This document shows positions 28,987 through 38,701 of a stretch of 58,329 nucleotides of DNA, one piece after another. The notes beneath the pieces are model-generated. The model worked only from the letters and a program-made list of their open reading frames with translations, had not been told where the DNA came from and did not search any database. Position 1 is the stretch's first letter, and every line of letters starts with the position of its first letter. Made by a program: the position numbers and the translations under genes. Origin of the DNA: a virus (taxonomy: Duplodnaviria; Caudoviricetes); IMG/VR virus record IMGVR_UViG_3300027833_000059, positions 1 to 58,329 of that record; one strand, given 5' to 3'.

Positions 28987-29027
28987 CGACAATTAATTGG
29001 ATATACAAAATTTATATCCATTTATTT

Positions 29028-29171
29028 TCAATTGTTTTTATTTAGTTCTATTCTAGTATTTTGAAATATTCTTAACACGAAATAATATCTTTCAGTTTGT
29101 ATGTTTGAAGAGTTAACTAATTTTTCAGTTAATCTTTTTGCTTGTTCAAATTTTTCTCTAGTACTTTTCAT
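29028..29171 (-). CDS. Cassette gene, 47 aa (not in track)
   Basis: MKSTREKFEQAKRL...; promoter and leader at 29172-29203. Confidence 0.7.
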   Translation of the reverse strand: MKSTREKFEQAKRLTEKLVNSSNIQTERYYFVLRIFQNTRIELNKNN

Positions 29172-29254
29172 TTGTCTTGTGGTTTATGTTCTATACAAAG
29201 ATACGAATAATAACTGGATATCCAATGCGAATATCCAGTTAATTTTAATTATTT

Positions 29255-29428
29255 TTAGATTAACATCATATCCAGTAGTACTGATGGGTGACCATGTTCG
29301 CATACACCATCTGGTTCTACTTGACAACCTTCTGAGCAACATGCTGGTACTACTGATTCAAATACTACTTCATCTAAAGTAAGTCCTTCATTTTCTAATG
29401 CTTCATCTGCTGAAATTCTTTCACTCAT
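29255..29428 (-). CDS. Cassette gene, 57 aa Cys/His metal-binding protein (not in track)
   Basis: PACCSEGCQVEPDGVCEHGHPSVL; promoter at 29457. Confidence 0.8.
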   Translation of the reverse strand: MSERISADEALENEGLTLDEVVFESVVPACCSEGCQVEPDGVCEHGHPSVLLDMMLI

Positions 29429-29480
29429 AATATATGGTTTTAGTTATTGTTCTCTACAAAGATACGACTAATAAATGGTT

Positions 29481-29663
29481 CTACAAAGTAGAATGCCATT
29501 TATTTTTAACTTTAACACAAATAATAAATGCGTTATAACCTACTCTTTTACTAACTTTATCATAGTTGTTTCTAGTTGCATATTGTTTAGCACCTAATAA
29601 TGAATTAGAAACGTCTATATGTACTCCATCTTGATTTGTTACTCCGTAAACTGTTATTGGCAT
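29481..29663 (-). CDS. Cassette gene, hypothetical
   Basis: Own promoter and leader. Confidence 0.75.
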   Translation of the reverse strand: MPITVYGVTNQDGVHIDVSNSLLGAKQYATRNNYDKVSKRVGYNAFIICVKVKNKWHSTL

Positions 29664-29744
29664 GATAAGTGATTTTAGTTATTGTTCTCTACAAAGATAC
29701 GAATAATAAATGGATATCCAATACGAATATCCATTTATTATTAA

Positions 29745-29909
29745 TTATTTAGCATATTTTTTTCTTTTATTATTGAATATCAATATTAAAATCATTAACG
29801 ATGCTATTACTAAGCATAATAATGATTGAGCATCATTATTTATTGTGGTTATGTTAAATATTACAATTGATAATACAAAAATAGATGCTAGGTTTAAGAA
29901 TTTTTTCAT
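29745..29909 (-). CDS. Cassette gene, 54 aa two-helix membrane protein (not in track)
   Basis: MKKFLNLASIFVLSIVIF...LLCLVIASLMILILIFNNKRKK. Confidence 0.7.
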   Translation of the reverse strand: MKKFLNLASIFVLSIVIFNITTINNDAQSLLCLVIASLMILILIFNNKRKKYAK

Positions 29910-29998
29910 TATATAAGGTTTTAGTTATTGTTCCCTACAAAGATACATAAAAAAAACCTTACTACCAAATTATAGCAAGGTTTTTTTATCATTATTAA

Positions 29999-30310
29999 TT
30001 AAAATTTAACTTTTCTTTTTTTATTCTTATATTTGATTATTATGGTTACATTATTGATATACCCTTTGTTATATTTCATTATTTTAAATTCTGATAACAT
30101 ATCATAAGCTCGTTTTGTTGTGGCTTTAAACATCAGTGTATTGCTCTTAGATATCTTGGAGATAAACTTAATGTTATCAGCATAGTTACCGAATACAACA
30201 TCTTCAGCAGTTACTTTAGTTGTTTCTTTTACATTTTTAATTGGTTCACTTGAATAACCTTTAAGAGTTGCTACTAAGATAAAAATAAATACTAATACTA
30301 AATTTTTCAT
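29999..30310 (-). CDS. Cassette gene, secreted protein
   Basis: Signal peptide MKNLVLVFIFILVATLKGYS. Confidence 0.7.
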   Translation of the reverse strand: MKNLVLVFIFILVATLKGYSSEPIKNVKETTKVTAEDVVFGNYADNIKFISKISKSNTLMFKATTKRAYDMLSEFKIMKYNKGYINNVTIIIKYKNKKRKVKF

Positions 30311-30392
30311 AATTTATGGTTTTAATTGTTCGACACTTCAAAGATACAACTAATAAATGGATATCCAATACGAATATCCATTTATTTTTAAA

Positions 30393-31265
30393 TTATTTTA
30401 TTCTTTCAATTACATACATAACCATTTTAGCACCCTCGTTACCGTTTGGTTTAACATCTGAGTAATGAAATACTTCTTTTATTCTATGATTCTTACCGAT
30501 AGCATTAAAAAAGAAACCCTTAATAACCATATCGCTCATAACATTTCTATCTGAGTTATCTACTAACGATGCAAAATCGTTAAGTCTTTCATTGTGGGCA
30601 ATTTTTCTAAGTGTTCTAGTCATGGTAATAAACATCATACCACCAACTTGTAATAATTCACGTTCAATAGCATATTCTAATTCATCTACTATTGTATTAA
30701 GAGTTCCACAATAGTCTAAAATCATGTGTGAATATGATTCACGTTTAGCACCATATATTTTTTGGTTTACATCTCCATTAAATACTTCAAATGGTAACTG
30801 AGTTCCTCTAATAGCTTTACGCATATCTTTAAATGTATTCTTATCTCTTTCAACACCTAAAAAGTTATATGAGTTAGACTTATTTAATATCTTTTTTTCG
30901 ATAGTCCACGTTGAAAATGGTAACGAAAGTATTTTACCACTTAACTTACTATTAAGCACATAATCTACCATTTTGTTCCTAGCAATTTCTTTATTTACAC
31001 CACCCGAATTAACATAAGTGTTAGTTAATTTAGTAATACTTTTTTTATTCTTTTTAACTTCTTTTTTAACTTTGCTAATATCAGCTTCAATTTTCTTTAA
31101 GATATCAAAACTAGTAGCTTGTTTATTAACTTGTTTATTAAGTGCAATTTTGTTAGCAGATACTTTTTGTATTGTACACCCTAACATTTGAGATAGTTCT
31201 TTATTAGTAAGGTTAGGATTATTTTGAATAGTTTGTCTAACTGAGTTTTGAGTTAAGGTTTTCAT
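30393..31265 (-). CDS. Cassette gene, N-terminal HTH plus class I methyltransferase-like fold
   Basis: NPNLTNKELSQMLGCTIQKVS HTH; Rossmann-like pattern ILSLP, FLGVERD, FNGDV, MILDYCG, GGMMFIT. Confidence 0.6.
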   Translation of the reverse strand: MKTLTQNSVRQTIQNNPNLTNKELSQMLGCTIQKVSANKIALNKQVNKQATSFDILKKIEADISKVKKEVKKNKKSITKLTNTYVNSGGVNKEIARNKMVDYVLNSKLSGKILSLPFSTWTIEKKILNKSNSYNFLGVERDKNTFKDMRKAIRGTQLPFEVFNGDVNQKIYGAKRESYSHMILDYCGTLNTIVDELEYAIERELLQVGGMMFITMTRTLRKIAHNERLNDFASLVDNSDRNVMSDMVIKGFFFNAIGKNHRIKEVFHYSDVKPNGNEGAKMVMYVIERIK

Positions 31266-31343
31266 ATATATAAGGTTTTGTTATTGTTCTCTACAAAGAT
31301 ACAACCTTTTTCTGGTTCTGCAATGAAAAATTTTAATTATTTT

Positions 31344-31363
31344 CTTATTCATAATGATTCTAA
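31344..31363. promoter_or_regulatory. Imperfect 7-1-7 palindrome, Fur-box-like (other copies at 36303 and 37311)
   Basis: CTTATT(T/C)ATAAT-G-ATTCTAA located between tandem promoters. Confidence 0.5.
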
Positions 31364-31456
31364 GTGTTGACACTAAGGCACCATGACAAAGATACGAAAA
31401 TAAAACTTAATATAAAAATTGTTTTATAACTTTTTTTATATTAAGTTTGTAATAGA

Positions 31457-31816
31457 TTAATATACTTGAAACCTTATATTATATTCTTGTATTATTTCAT
31501 CTAATATGTTACCAATGTTAATGTGAGAGATACCATCACTAGTAAGTGTGTAGTATTCATTTCTTAGTGTGTTACCAGCTAATATATCAGTCTTAGCTTT
31601 TATCATTGCATTTCTTAATGTATTACCATCTTCTGGTGTTATATCACCTACATAGTCTGGATTTAATGAACCGAAGTAAACCTTACATGTTCCAGAGTCA
31701 GTAAACCAATAGTTTTTATTTACACCTCTTTTTTTAGTAGTTACAAACTTTACTTTAAATTCTGTGTCAAGTGGCTCGATGCTCAACCTTGTTTGTTTAA
31801 ATGCGGATACTTTCAT
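31457..31816 (-). CDS. Cassette gene, hypothetical
   Basis: Start moved to ATG 31816, downstream of the promoter at 31866. Confidence 0.75.
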   Translation of the reverse strand: MKVSAFKQTRLSIEPLDTEFKVKFVTTKKRGVNKNYWFTDSGTCKVYFGSLNPDYVGDITPEDGNTLRNAMIKAKTDILAGNTLRNEYYTLTSDGISHINIGNILDEIIQEYNIRFQVY

Positions 31817-31913
31817 ATGATTTTGTTTTACATGTACACAAATGTGTATATACTGTTGTTCTATACAAAGATACAACTAATAAATGGATATCCAATACGA
31901 ATATCCATTTATT

Positions 31914-32150
31914 TTACTCTATATTATACTCTTTTTTTATTGTATCTCTAATTTCCTCTTTACTATTAGCCATTAAGACAATTGAATTATCCTCACTTAT
32001 AGTGTGTTCAAATCTATTTTCTTTCTTTAAATAAGTAGCCTTAAACATCCCATTTAAATACTCTAAGATACCCACGTTAATATTAGAACGTTCTCCCCTA
32101 ACTATTATTCTATTTCTCCTATTTATTACCACTCTTTTTTTCCCGTACAT
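31914..32150 (-). CDS. Cassette gene, hypothetical
   Basis: Own promoter and leader. Confidence 0.75.
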   Translation of the reverse strand: MYGKKRVVINRRNRIIVRGERSNINVGILEYLNGMFKATYLKKENRFEHTISEDNSIVLMANSKEEIRDTIKKEYNIE

Positions 32151-32270
32151 AATATAAAGTTTTTGTTCTCTTCAAAGATACGAATAATTATTGGTTCTAC
32201 CAAATAAAAAGGGTAAGACTTTCGCCTTACCCATGAACAATATGGGAACCACCCCAATTATGAAAACAAA

Positions 32271-32474
32271 CTAATATTGTACTTCTATTTTATATTTTTC
32301 AACAACCCTTTTGTATTTACTTAACAAGTCGTCATACATTGGTTCATTAAGTGTCTTGAGGATATTCAATGATTTCCCGATATCAGCTTGTTCGGGACTC
32401 TTTCTACCTCCACGGATAGCTCTAATTCCACCCTCAATTCTACCAATATGTATTTCTTCTCTAGATTTTGCCAT
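32271..32474 (-). CDS. Cassette gene, hypothetical, probably leaderless
   Basis: TATATTTG-TAAC-ATG. Confidence 0.75.
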   Translation of the reverse strand: MAKSREEIHIGRIEGGIRAIRGGRKSPEQADIGKSLNILKTLNEPMYDDLLSKYKRVVEKYKIEVQY

Positions 32475-32624
32475 GTTACAAATATATGATTTTTTTAGTT
32501 AATTTACAAATTTATAGACAACTTTAAAATAATACTGAAGTGTAAGGTAAGATTTTTAGAATTCACACTTCAGCATTTTTGTTGTCAAACAATAAAACAT
32601 TTTTCAACTTACCTTTATTTTTTT

Positions 32625-33188
32625 TTAATTACCCTTTAAGGCCTCAACAAACATTTCATCTACATGGTCTTGGATATCATCCATATCATAAAACCCACCG
32701 CAAGAATCAATTATTTCACCATCTTTATCTTCTATTCTGAAACTATAAACTTCACCATTAATATACTTATTTAGAGTCTCAACTTCTCCTTCAACCATTT
32801 TATCAGCTAATTCTATATACTTCTTGGTTACTCTTTTTATGTTCCAATTTTCTCTAATTAGCTCTTTAGTTACTACAGCGAATCCTAACACACCTGAATC
32901 CCATCTACATTGGTATGGTGTTGTGGATATTAATAAACCACCGTGTGAGTATCCATATACTTTAGTTATTGTAGCAACATTTAATTTTATTTTGATTAAC
33001 TTCTCCAACTCATCCCAATTATCAGCGTCTTCAGTTTTAAATTCATGCTCATCACCTAAGTGTGAGTATTTACCTAAGAATATCATCTTACTAACGTTAC
33101 TCCATTCTCTAGGTGACTCAGTATCTGAATCTTGATATACCTTTAATGTATGTTCACCTAATGTAATTTCTTTAATTGAATCTGACAT
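32625..33188 (-). CDS. Cassette gene, conserved-looking hypothetical protein
   Basis: YSHGG..IST...WDSG..G...Y..GEVY...DSCGGFY motifs. Confidence 0.8.
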   Translation of the reverse strand: MSDSIKEITLGEHTLKVYQDSDTESPREWSNVSKMIFLGKYSHLGDEHEFKTEDADNWDELEKLIKIKLNVATITKVYGYSHGGLLISTTPYQCRWDSGVLGFAVVTKELIRENWNIKRVTKKYIELADKMVEGEVETLNKYINGEVYSFRIEDKDGEIIDSCGGFYDMDDIQDHVDEMFVEALKGN

Positions 33189-33259
33189 GTTAATTTGATT
33201 TAGTTGTTTGACTTTGTAAAGATAAGATATTTTTAGTTATAAACCAAATTAATTTAATA

Positions 33260-33343
33260 AAATCTTTAATGAGTTGCCGTTTTATGTTGTTCTCGTTTAC
33301 TCTTCCCACTCCGAAGTACAACTCATCAATAGATTTATTTATA
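33260..33343 (-). ncRNA. Candidate small hairpin RNA
   Basis: Promoter TATATTTG at 33348-33355; long closing stem AAAUCU.UUGAUGAGUUG/CAACUCAUUAA.AGAUUU; no ORF longer than 9 codons. Confidence 0.5.
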
Positions 33344-33388
33344 TTTGCAAATATACTAATAAATATATCAAAATTCTACTTTAAACCA

Positions 33389-33718
33389 TTAATTATTTCT
33401 TTCAAAATATTCATCTAAATCTCTTGTACATTTATCAATGTAAGATGAAATACCTGTTTCTTTAGCTTCTTGTAATTTAACCTTTAAATATGGTAAACAA
33501 TCTGAAATGTTATTACCCGCTAATTGTTTTGCTCTTTGCCCAAATTCAGCATCAGAGCAACGCATTAATAAATCCTTAGTTTCAGTATCAAACCAATAAG
33601 AAACACCCTCATCTTTTGTGTGTTCAACTAATATGGTATTGGTCATGTTGTACATACCCTTAGCCATTAAATTACCCTCATTTAATTTGAATTGCCCTAC
33701 TTGTCTTAATACTTTCAT
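33389..33718 (-). CDS. Cassette gene, hypothetical
   Basis: Own promoter and leader. Confidence 0.75.
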   Translation of the reverse strand: MKVLRQVGQFKLNEGNLMAKGMYNMTNTILVEHTKDEGVSYWFDTETKDLLMRCSDAEFGQRAKQLAGNNISDCLPYLKVKLQEAKETGISSYIDKCTRDLDEYFERNN

Positions 33719-33766
33719 TTGTCTTGTGGTTTATGTTCCTTACAAAGATACAACTAATAAATGGTT

Positions 33767-33982
33767 CTACAAAATACTTTTTAAGTTATTTTCAACCCTC
33801 ATATAAAATTTAATTTGATTTAAATTATCATTAGGGAATTGCCTCAAATCAGTCAAGACAATTTGAACTTCTTTTAATAATTGATTATCATTAATTTTAA
33901 GTCTACTCTTTTCAAATTCAATAAATTGATTAACTTGCTTTTTAGTAACGTAAATTAATTTCTTTACCATATTATATATCAT
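33767..33982 (-). CDS. Hypothetical protein
   Basis: Third gene of a three-gene cassette. Confidence 0.65.
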   Translation of the reverse strand: MIYNMVKKLIYVTKKQVNQFIEFEKSRLKINDNQLLKEVQIVLTDLRQFPNDNLNQIKFYMRVENNLKSIL

Positions 33983-34199
33983 TTATATTTATAGCTAATT
34001 TATCTAACAATGCTTGTTTATCGGTATAAAACAATTCCATAGCCACTAACATAGACATAACAACTCCCTCGGCATCTTCTAACCATTCATCCTCGTGCCA
34101 ATAACATACGTGATATGGTTCAACATCTTCTCCTAAGTCAAAATAAATATTAAGACTTTCATCATCTCTCGCTAATTTTAAATCTTCTAATTTTGCCAT
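33972..34199 (-). CDS. Hypothetical acidic protein
   Basis: Second gene of the cassette. Confidence 0.7.
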   Translation of the reverse strand: MAKLEDLKLARDDESLNIYFDLGEDVEPYHVCYWHEDEWLEDAEGVVMSMLVAMELFYTDKQALLDKLAININDI

Positions 34200-34200
34200 A

Positions 34201-34626
34201 TTATATTAAGTCTAATATTAATCTTTCTTTATTTCTAACATCATTATCCTTATACATTCTAATGATTTCTAAAACTTTTTCATCATCAGTAGTTGGAACA
34301 CAAATATGTGGTTGTCTACTTTCAACATAAGGCATTTTAACCCTCAAGTCAAAAGTAGACAACCATTTATTTGCCCTTGCTTGTTTTAATAATAAAGTTT
34401 CTATTAGTTCTCTATGTTCATCTGCATATTCACAATTACCTAAAGATGGTACATACCTATCTAATAATAGTAATTCCCTCATTTCAGCTAAATTTTCGGG
34501 TGTATTCCTAATTGAAGTTATTTCATTACAAATGATATAATATAGTCTACTACCACCGAGTATGTCATGTACTTGTTCAAAGTTCTCAACGTATCCGTCA
34601 CTATAATGTTTACATCTTTTTTCCAT
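34201..34626 (-). CDS. Cassette gene, hypothetical
   Basis: Own promoter and leader. Confidence 0.75.
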   Translation of the reverse strand: MEKRCKHYSDGYVENFEQVHDILGGSRLYYIICNEITSIRNTPENLAEMRELLLLDRYVPSLGNCEYADEHRELIETLLLKQARANKWLSTFDLRVKMPYVESRQPHICVPTTDDEKVLEIIRMYKDNDVRNKERLILDLI

Positions 34627-34706
34627 TTCTCTTGTGGTTTATGTTCCTTACAAAGATAATAAAAATTCCCTTACCAACCTAATGATAAGGGAAATATTTT
34701 ATAATT

Positions 34707-34910
34707 TTATCTTGTCATCATTAACATTTCGTCAACTTGGTCCGAGGTTACTACCTTAAACGTATTAACATCAACCTCTAAGTTACTACCTTGCTTCTTC
34801 CACTCATTTCTAGCGTTTCTAATAGCACCTTTCTTAGTCTTACCCCATACGGTATTCCATCCACCAGTTGTGAAGTTATACATGTATTGCTTTCTTTTTA
34901 ATTCTGCCAT
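34707..34910 (-). CDS. Cassette gene, hypothetical
   Basis: YMYNF..GGWNTVW.KTK..AI motif; own promoter. Confidence 0.75.
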   Translation of the reverse strand: MAELKRKQYMYNFTTGGWNTVWGKTKKGAIRNARNEWKKQGSNLEVDVNTFKVVTSDQVDEMLMMTR

Positions 34911-35046
34911 AATATCTTGTTTTAGTTATTGTTCTCTACAAAGATACAACTAATTTCTGGATTAACAATGGAATAATGTAAAAACTTTTTATAAAAATAA
35001 TTCATATTTTATTTGGTAGATATGAAGAAATGTTGTATCTTTACAC

Positions 35047-35109
35047 TGTAGGTGCGAAAGTGATACGGGTCTGGATAGAGATATTCGAAAGAGTAGACTC
35101 CAACCTACA
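35047..35109 (+). ncRNA. Structured small RNA, copy 1 of 4
   Basis: TTTG(35012)...TATCTTTA(35036) promoter; UGUAGGU/ACCUACA closing stem with inner stems conserved across the copies. Confidence 0.75.
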
Positions 35110-35166
35110 ACAAAGTCAAATAATTTACACTAAAAAATAAGGTACTAAATTAGTACCTTATCAATC

Positions 35167-35337
35167 TTAAACTCTATAGCTAATATGTTCTTCTAATGGT
35201 TCATACTCTACCTCAGTGTACGAATAACAATTAATTTTTTCATCCTTTAATAGAATCTCACTAACTTCACTAATTGTCTTATCAGACTCAACTAATATTA
35301 ATTGTTTACATTCAGTTAAAATTTCAAATACTTTCAT
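35167..35337 (-). CDS. Cassette gene, 56 aa (not in track)
   Basis: MKVFEILTECKQLILVESDK...; promoter TATATTTG at 35366. Confidence 0.65.
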   Translation of the reverse strand: MKVFEILTECKQLILVESDKTISEVSEILLKDEKINCYSYTEVEYEPLEEHISYRV

Positions 35338-35423
35338 ATGTTTTTGTTTTAATTATTCTACCTTACAAATATACTAAAAATAAATTAACCTACCTAATTT
35401 TAGATAGGTTAATTTTAAATTAT

Positions 35424-36224
35424 TTATATGTTAATTATGAAGTCGTTAGTTTCAACATTTTCTTTATTAACACCCTTGGTTCCTTTACCCGTCATAAGCT
35501 TATATTTAAGTCCTACAATAACGTTTTGTTCATCTAAGAAACGTAAGTCTGTTTCATCTCCATTGATAACCTTAAAACCTTTGTATTCACTTGGTAATTC
35601 ACTTCGTTTACTCATTGCAAATACCATTGAAACGTTATAACCTTTATTTAACATTTCAAACGACGTTTTATCATTGTCTTCTGCTCTACTAAACGTCAAA
35701 TGATAATTACTAGGTAACTTTTTTCTTAATCTACTATCAATTTTAGTATAATCATAAAATTGTATACCTGGAAATAGTTCGAATATATTCTTATTATCTT
35801 TATCTTTGTATCTAATGTTCTCAAATGGAACATCACTAGTACCATTTAAACGAATAGCAAACTTTTTATATCTTAATACCTTACCATTTAAAGATAGTTG
35901 CTCTAAACCTTTAATTTTAGTATGAGTATTAACTATTTTAGTAATTTCATTATATAACTGTTCCATAAAACCTACCATATTATCTAAAAAATATTCAGTT
36001 TTATTTATTTTACCTTGTTGTACGTTATCAAAACGAGCCGCACCGCTATTGAATAGACAAGCCTTAGCACAACCTTTACTTGCCTTAGCACAAAGGTTAA
36101 CACCCTTAGAGTTTTGCTTATGTGGTGCTAAATACATAATGTAAGTAGTGTAACCTACTTTTTCACCCTTAATAGTTTTTGCATTGTTAGTACTTAATAA
36201 ATTCTTAGGAATTGTGTAGTTCAT
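35424..36224 (-). CDS. Cassette gene, GP88-family (radical-SAM-like Cys cluster) protein
   Basis: NLC.KAS.GC.KACL, IRLNGTSD, FYDYTK, NYHLTFS, GDETDLRFLD, IVGLKYK. Confidence 0.75.
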   Translation of the reverse strand: MNYTIPKNLLSTNNAKTIKGEKVGYTTYIMYLAPHKQNSKGVNLCAKASKGCAKACLFNSGAARFDNVQQGKINKTEYFLDNMVGFMEQLYNEITKIVNTHTKIKGLEQLSLNGKVLRYKKFAIRLNGTSDVPFENIRYKDKDNKNIFELFPGIQFYDYTKIDSRLRKKLPSNYHLTFSRAEDNDKTSFEMLNKGYNVSMVFAMSKRSELPSEYKGFKVINGDETDLRFLDEQNVIVGLKYKLMTGKGTKGVNKENVETNDFIINI

Positions 36225-36428
36225 AATATAAGGTTTTAATTGTTCGACAAGTCAAAGATACAACCATTTATTGGATATACAAAACTTTTTATTAATTATT
36301 TTCTTATTTATAATGATTCTAAGTGTTGACAATAAGGCACCATGACAAATTTACGAAAAATAAATGAGAATACAAAATAAAAACAAAAAAAGATGAGACC
36401 TTAAACTCATCTTTTTTCTGAACAAAAC

Positions 36429-37232
36429 TTAAACGAACAACTTAACTTTTTCTTTAATCTCTTCTACTGTATATTTATCAGTATTATATTTTTTATTTAA
36501 TCCTTTAACTCTTCTTTCAGCATTCTTTTTATTAGCATATTGTAAATAAGGTCTACTACTATACCTATAACCATTTCGTGTTCTCTTAACAAAATAATCA
36601 TAATCAACCTTTATTGTGTAATACTTATCTACTTCAATTAAATTCTTTACTTTTGGTACTCTTGGAAAGTATCTTTTTCTAATCCATTTTGGACTATCTT
36701 TTAACATACCTCTAAATTCTATTGTAGGATATACATTAGTATCTTTAAATATCTCGTTACATTCAGCTACATACCTTAATAACTCTTCTTTATTTGTAAC
36801 TCTTTCACTTACATAATTACTAACAATAGTTCTATTATATGTATTAGTTACTACAATACTTACTCCAACTTCATTTAACTGCTCAATAGTTAAGGCTTTT
36901 TTAATACCAGTTTTAAATATACCCTTAAACATACCAAAAGTTGTATTATGTGTTCCCTTACCTCCAATAGCTATTGCACTAAAAAAACCAAAAGACTTAT
37001 CATTATACTCAGTATAACGTTTTTTATAACTATCTCTTATATTATCAGCGTAAGATAATAATTCATTTTCACTATATAATATTTGAGTAGTATCTCCAAC
37101 ACTTAATTTTGACCAATCTCTTACTCTTGCACCACTGTACTCGAATAAGTTACTTGACCCTATTATTACCATTGGTATAAACTTGTCTTCTACTTTAATA
37201 AATTGTTTATCGTAAATTAAATCGTAACTCAT
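36429..37232 (-). CDS. Cassette gene, hypothetical
   Basis: 267 aa; own promoter and terminator. Confidence 0.8.
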   Translation of the reverse strand: MSYDLIYDKQFIKVEDKFIPMVIIGSSNLFEYSGARVRDWSKLSVGDTTQILYSENELLSYADNIRDSYKKRYTEYNDKSFGFFSAIAIGGKGTHNTTFGMFKGIFKTGIKKALTIEQLNEVGVSIVVTNTYNRTIVSNYVSERVTNKEELLRYVAECNEIFKDTNVYPTIEFRGMLKDSPKWIRKRYFPRVPKVKNLIEVDKYYTIKVDYDYFVKRTRNGYRYSSRPYLQYANKKNAERRVKGLNKKYNTDKYTVEEIKEKVKLFV

Positions 37233-37446
37233 AATAAAAGGTTTTAGTTATTGTTCTCTACAAAGATACAACCAATTTCTGGATTAACAATGGGAATTCT
37301 TAATTATTTTCTTATTTATAATGATTCTAAACGTTAACACTAAGGCACCATGACAAATTTACAACAAATAAATGAGAATACAAAATAAAATGGACCCTTT
37401 TTTTATATTAGGACCCATTTTCAACTTAACCACAAGTTATATTTTA

Positions 37447-37725
37447 TTAATGGTAGCTAAAACCAACTTCTGTTATATAAAATTTACCACCATTATCCCT
37501 CAAGTAATAAAGGTCTAAATCGAATTTTACTAATTCATTCTCAACTGATGTTATCAATTGGTCATCTAAGTTAGGTAACTCATCTTTAACACACTCTTCT
37601 CTCTCATAGTCAGAAACTTTAACCTTACAACCGAATAGTTGTGATAGTTTTGTATTTAGGTCATGAGTAGTAAATCTACTACCTACTAATGATTCTGTTT
37701 TATTTGTGATGTCTTGATTTGTCAT
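37447..37725 (-). CDS. Cassette gene, hypothetical
   Basis: Own promoter. Confidence 0.75.
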   Translation of the reverse strand: MTNQDITNKTESLVGSRFTTHDLNTKLSQLFGCKVKVSDYEREECVKDELPNLDDQLITSVENELVKFDLDLYYLRDNGGKFYITEVGFSYH

Positions 37726-37779
37726 AGTGTTTTGTTTTAATCAAAGATACAACTAATTATTGGTTCTACAATACAATTT

Positions 37780-38103
37780 TTAATTTATTTTTTCACTAAT
37801 AACATCATCATAACCCATATCTACATATTTTCTAGCTAAAACATCTGCTTTATCTTTAGGTAAGTGAAAGTCATTAACCTCAACACCACCAACCCATACA
37901 GTATAAAGGTCAATTAGTTCCAAAGTATTTCGATTAATACTACATAATCTACCACTTTGCTCTTGTATTATAGGTTCTCCAGCTATACTTCTATTTAATA
38001 GAATACCAGTAACTTTTATATCATTGGTCATACCACAAGTTCCCATTGCAGTACATACTTTACCTACCATTTTTTCTAACTCTTGTTGTGATATGAATTT
38101 CAT
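37780..38103 (-). CDS. Cassette gene, hypothetical
   Basis: C-terminal YTVWVGGVEVND...GYDDV module. Confidence 0.75.
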   Translation of the reverse strand: MKFISQQELEKMVGKVCTAMGTCGMTNDIKVTGILLNRSIAGEPIIQEQSGRLCSINRNTLELIDLYTVWVGGVEVNDFHLPKDKADVLARKYVDMGYDDVISEKIN

Positions 38104-38122
38104 TTGTCTTGTGGTTTATGTT

Positions 38123-38701
38123 CTATACAAAGATACAAAAAAAATTTGGATTAATAAAACTTTTTTGACTATTTAATAGTTTAAATATTTCATTATATAT
38201 CTCTTCTCCCAATTGAGTCTTAGTAAAGTCAGCCATACTACCATGTAAATTTTCTTTATAACCTAACTCCTTATGCATATGCTCATCTATTTTTGGCATA
38301 TCGATTATTAATTCACCATTACATAAGCATACCCAATCAAAAAATAGTAATGGGTTTTTAGTCTTAAAACCATCTTGGAGTACCTTTTGTGATTCTCTAG
38401 TTAAATTAGACTTAATAGCCGCAGTGTGTATATTTTCTTTCCAATAGATAGCATTATTTGTAATTAGATATTCCATACAAATCTCTCTACCATACTTTAA
38501 ACTTGTCTCCCTTATATCTTGGAATACATCTTTAGTTGTAGGTATTTCTATTTCTACAATATCATAAGCTAGGGTTTTTTTATAACCCTCACCCTTAATG
38601 AAATATCTTAACGTATCATTAATTCCAAATACCTCTTGTGGGAATTTTAATGGTAAGAATAATTTTCTACTTCTGACGTAATAAGCTTGAATCTTTTGCA
38701 T
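38123..38701 (-). CDS. Cassette gene, hypothetical
   Basis: 3' end runs through the next promoter. Confidence 0.75.
   Translation of the reverse strand: MQKIQAYYVRSRKLFLPLKFPQEVFGINDTLRYFIKGEGYKKTLAYDIVEIEIPTTKDVFQDIRETSLKYGREICMEYLITNNAIYWKENIHTAAIKSNLTRESQKVLQDGFKTKNPLLFFDWVCLCNGELIIDMPKIDEHMHKELGYKENLHGSMADFTKTQLGEEIYNEIFKLLNSQKSFINPNFFCIFV

Noticed and set aside
31374-31385. ATG GTG CCT TAG minigene (MVP) after the gene-less promoters
   Set aside because: The ATG lies upstream of the inferred +1 and is TTG in two copies
35047-35109. Four-copy RNA as a tRNA, hammerhead ribozyme or c-di-GMP-I riboswitch
   Set aside because: No T-loop, anticodon arm or CCA; no CUGAnGA core; only the AUUCGAAAGAGU hairpin resembles c-di-GMP-I, and no downstream gene is regulated. 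An Rfam search is still needed.
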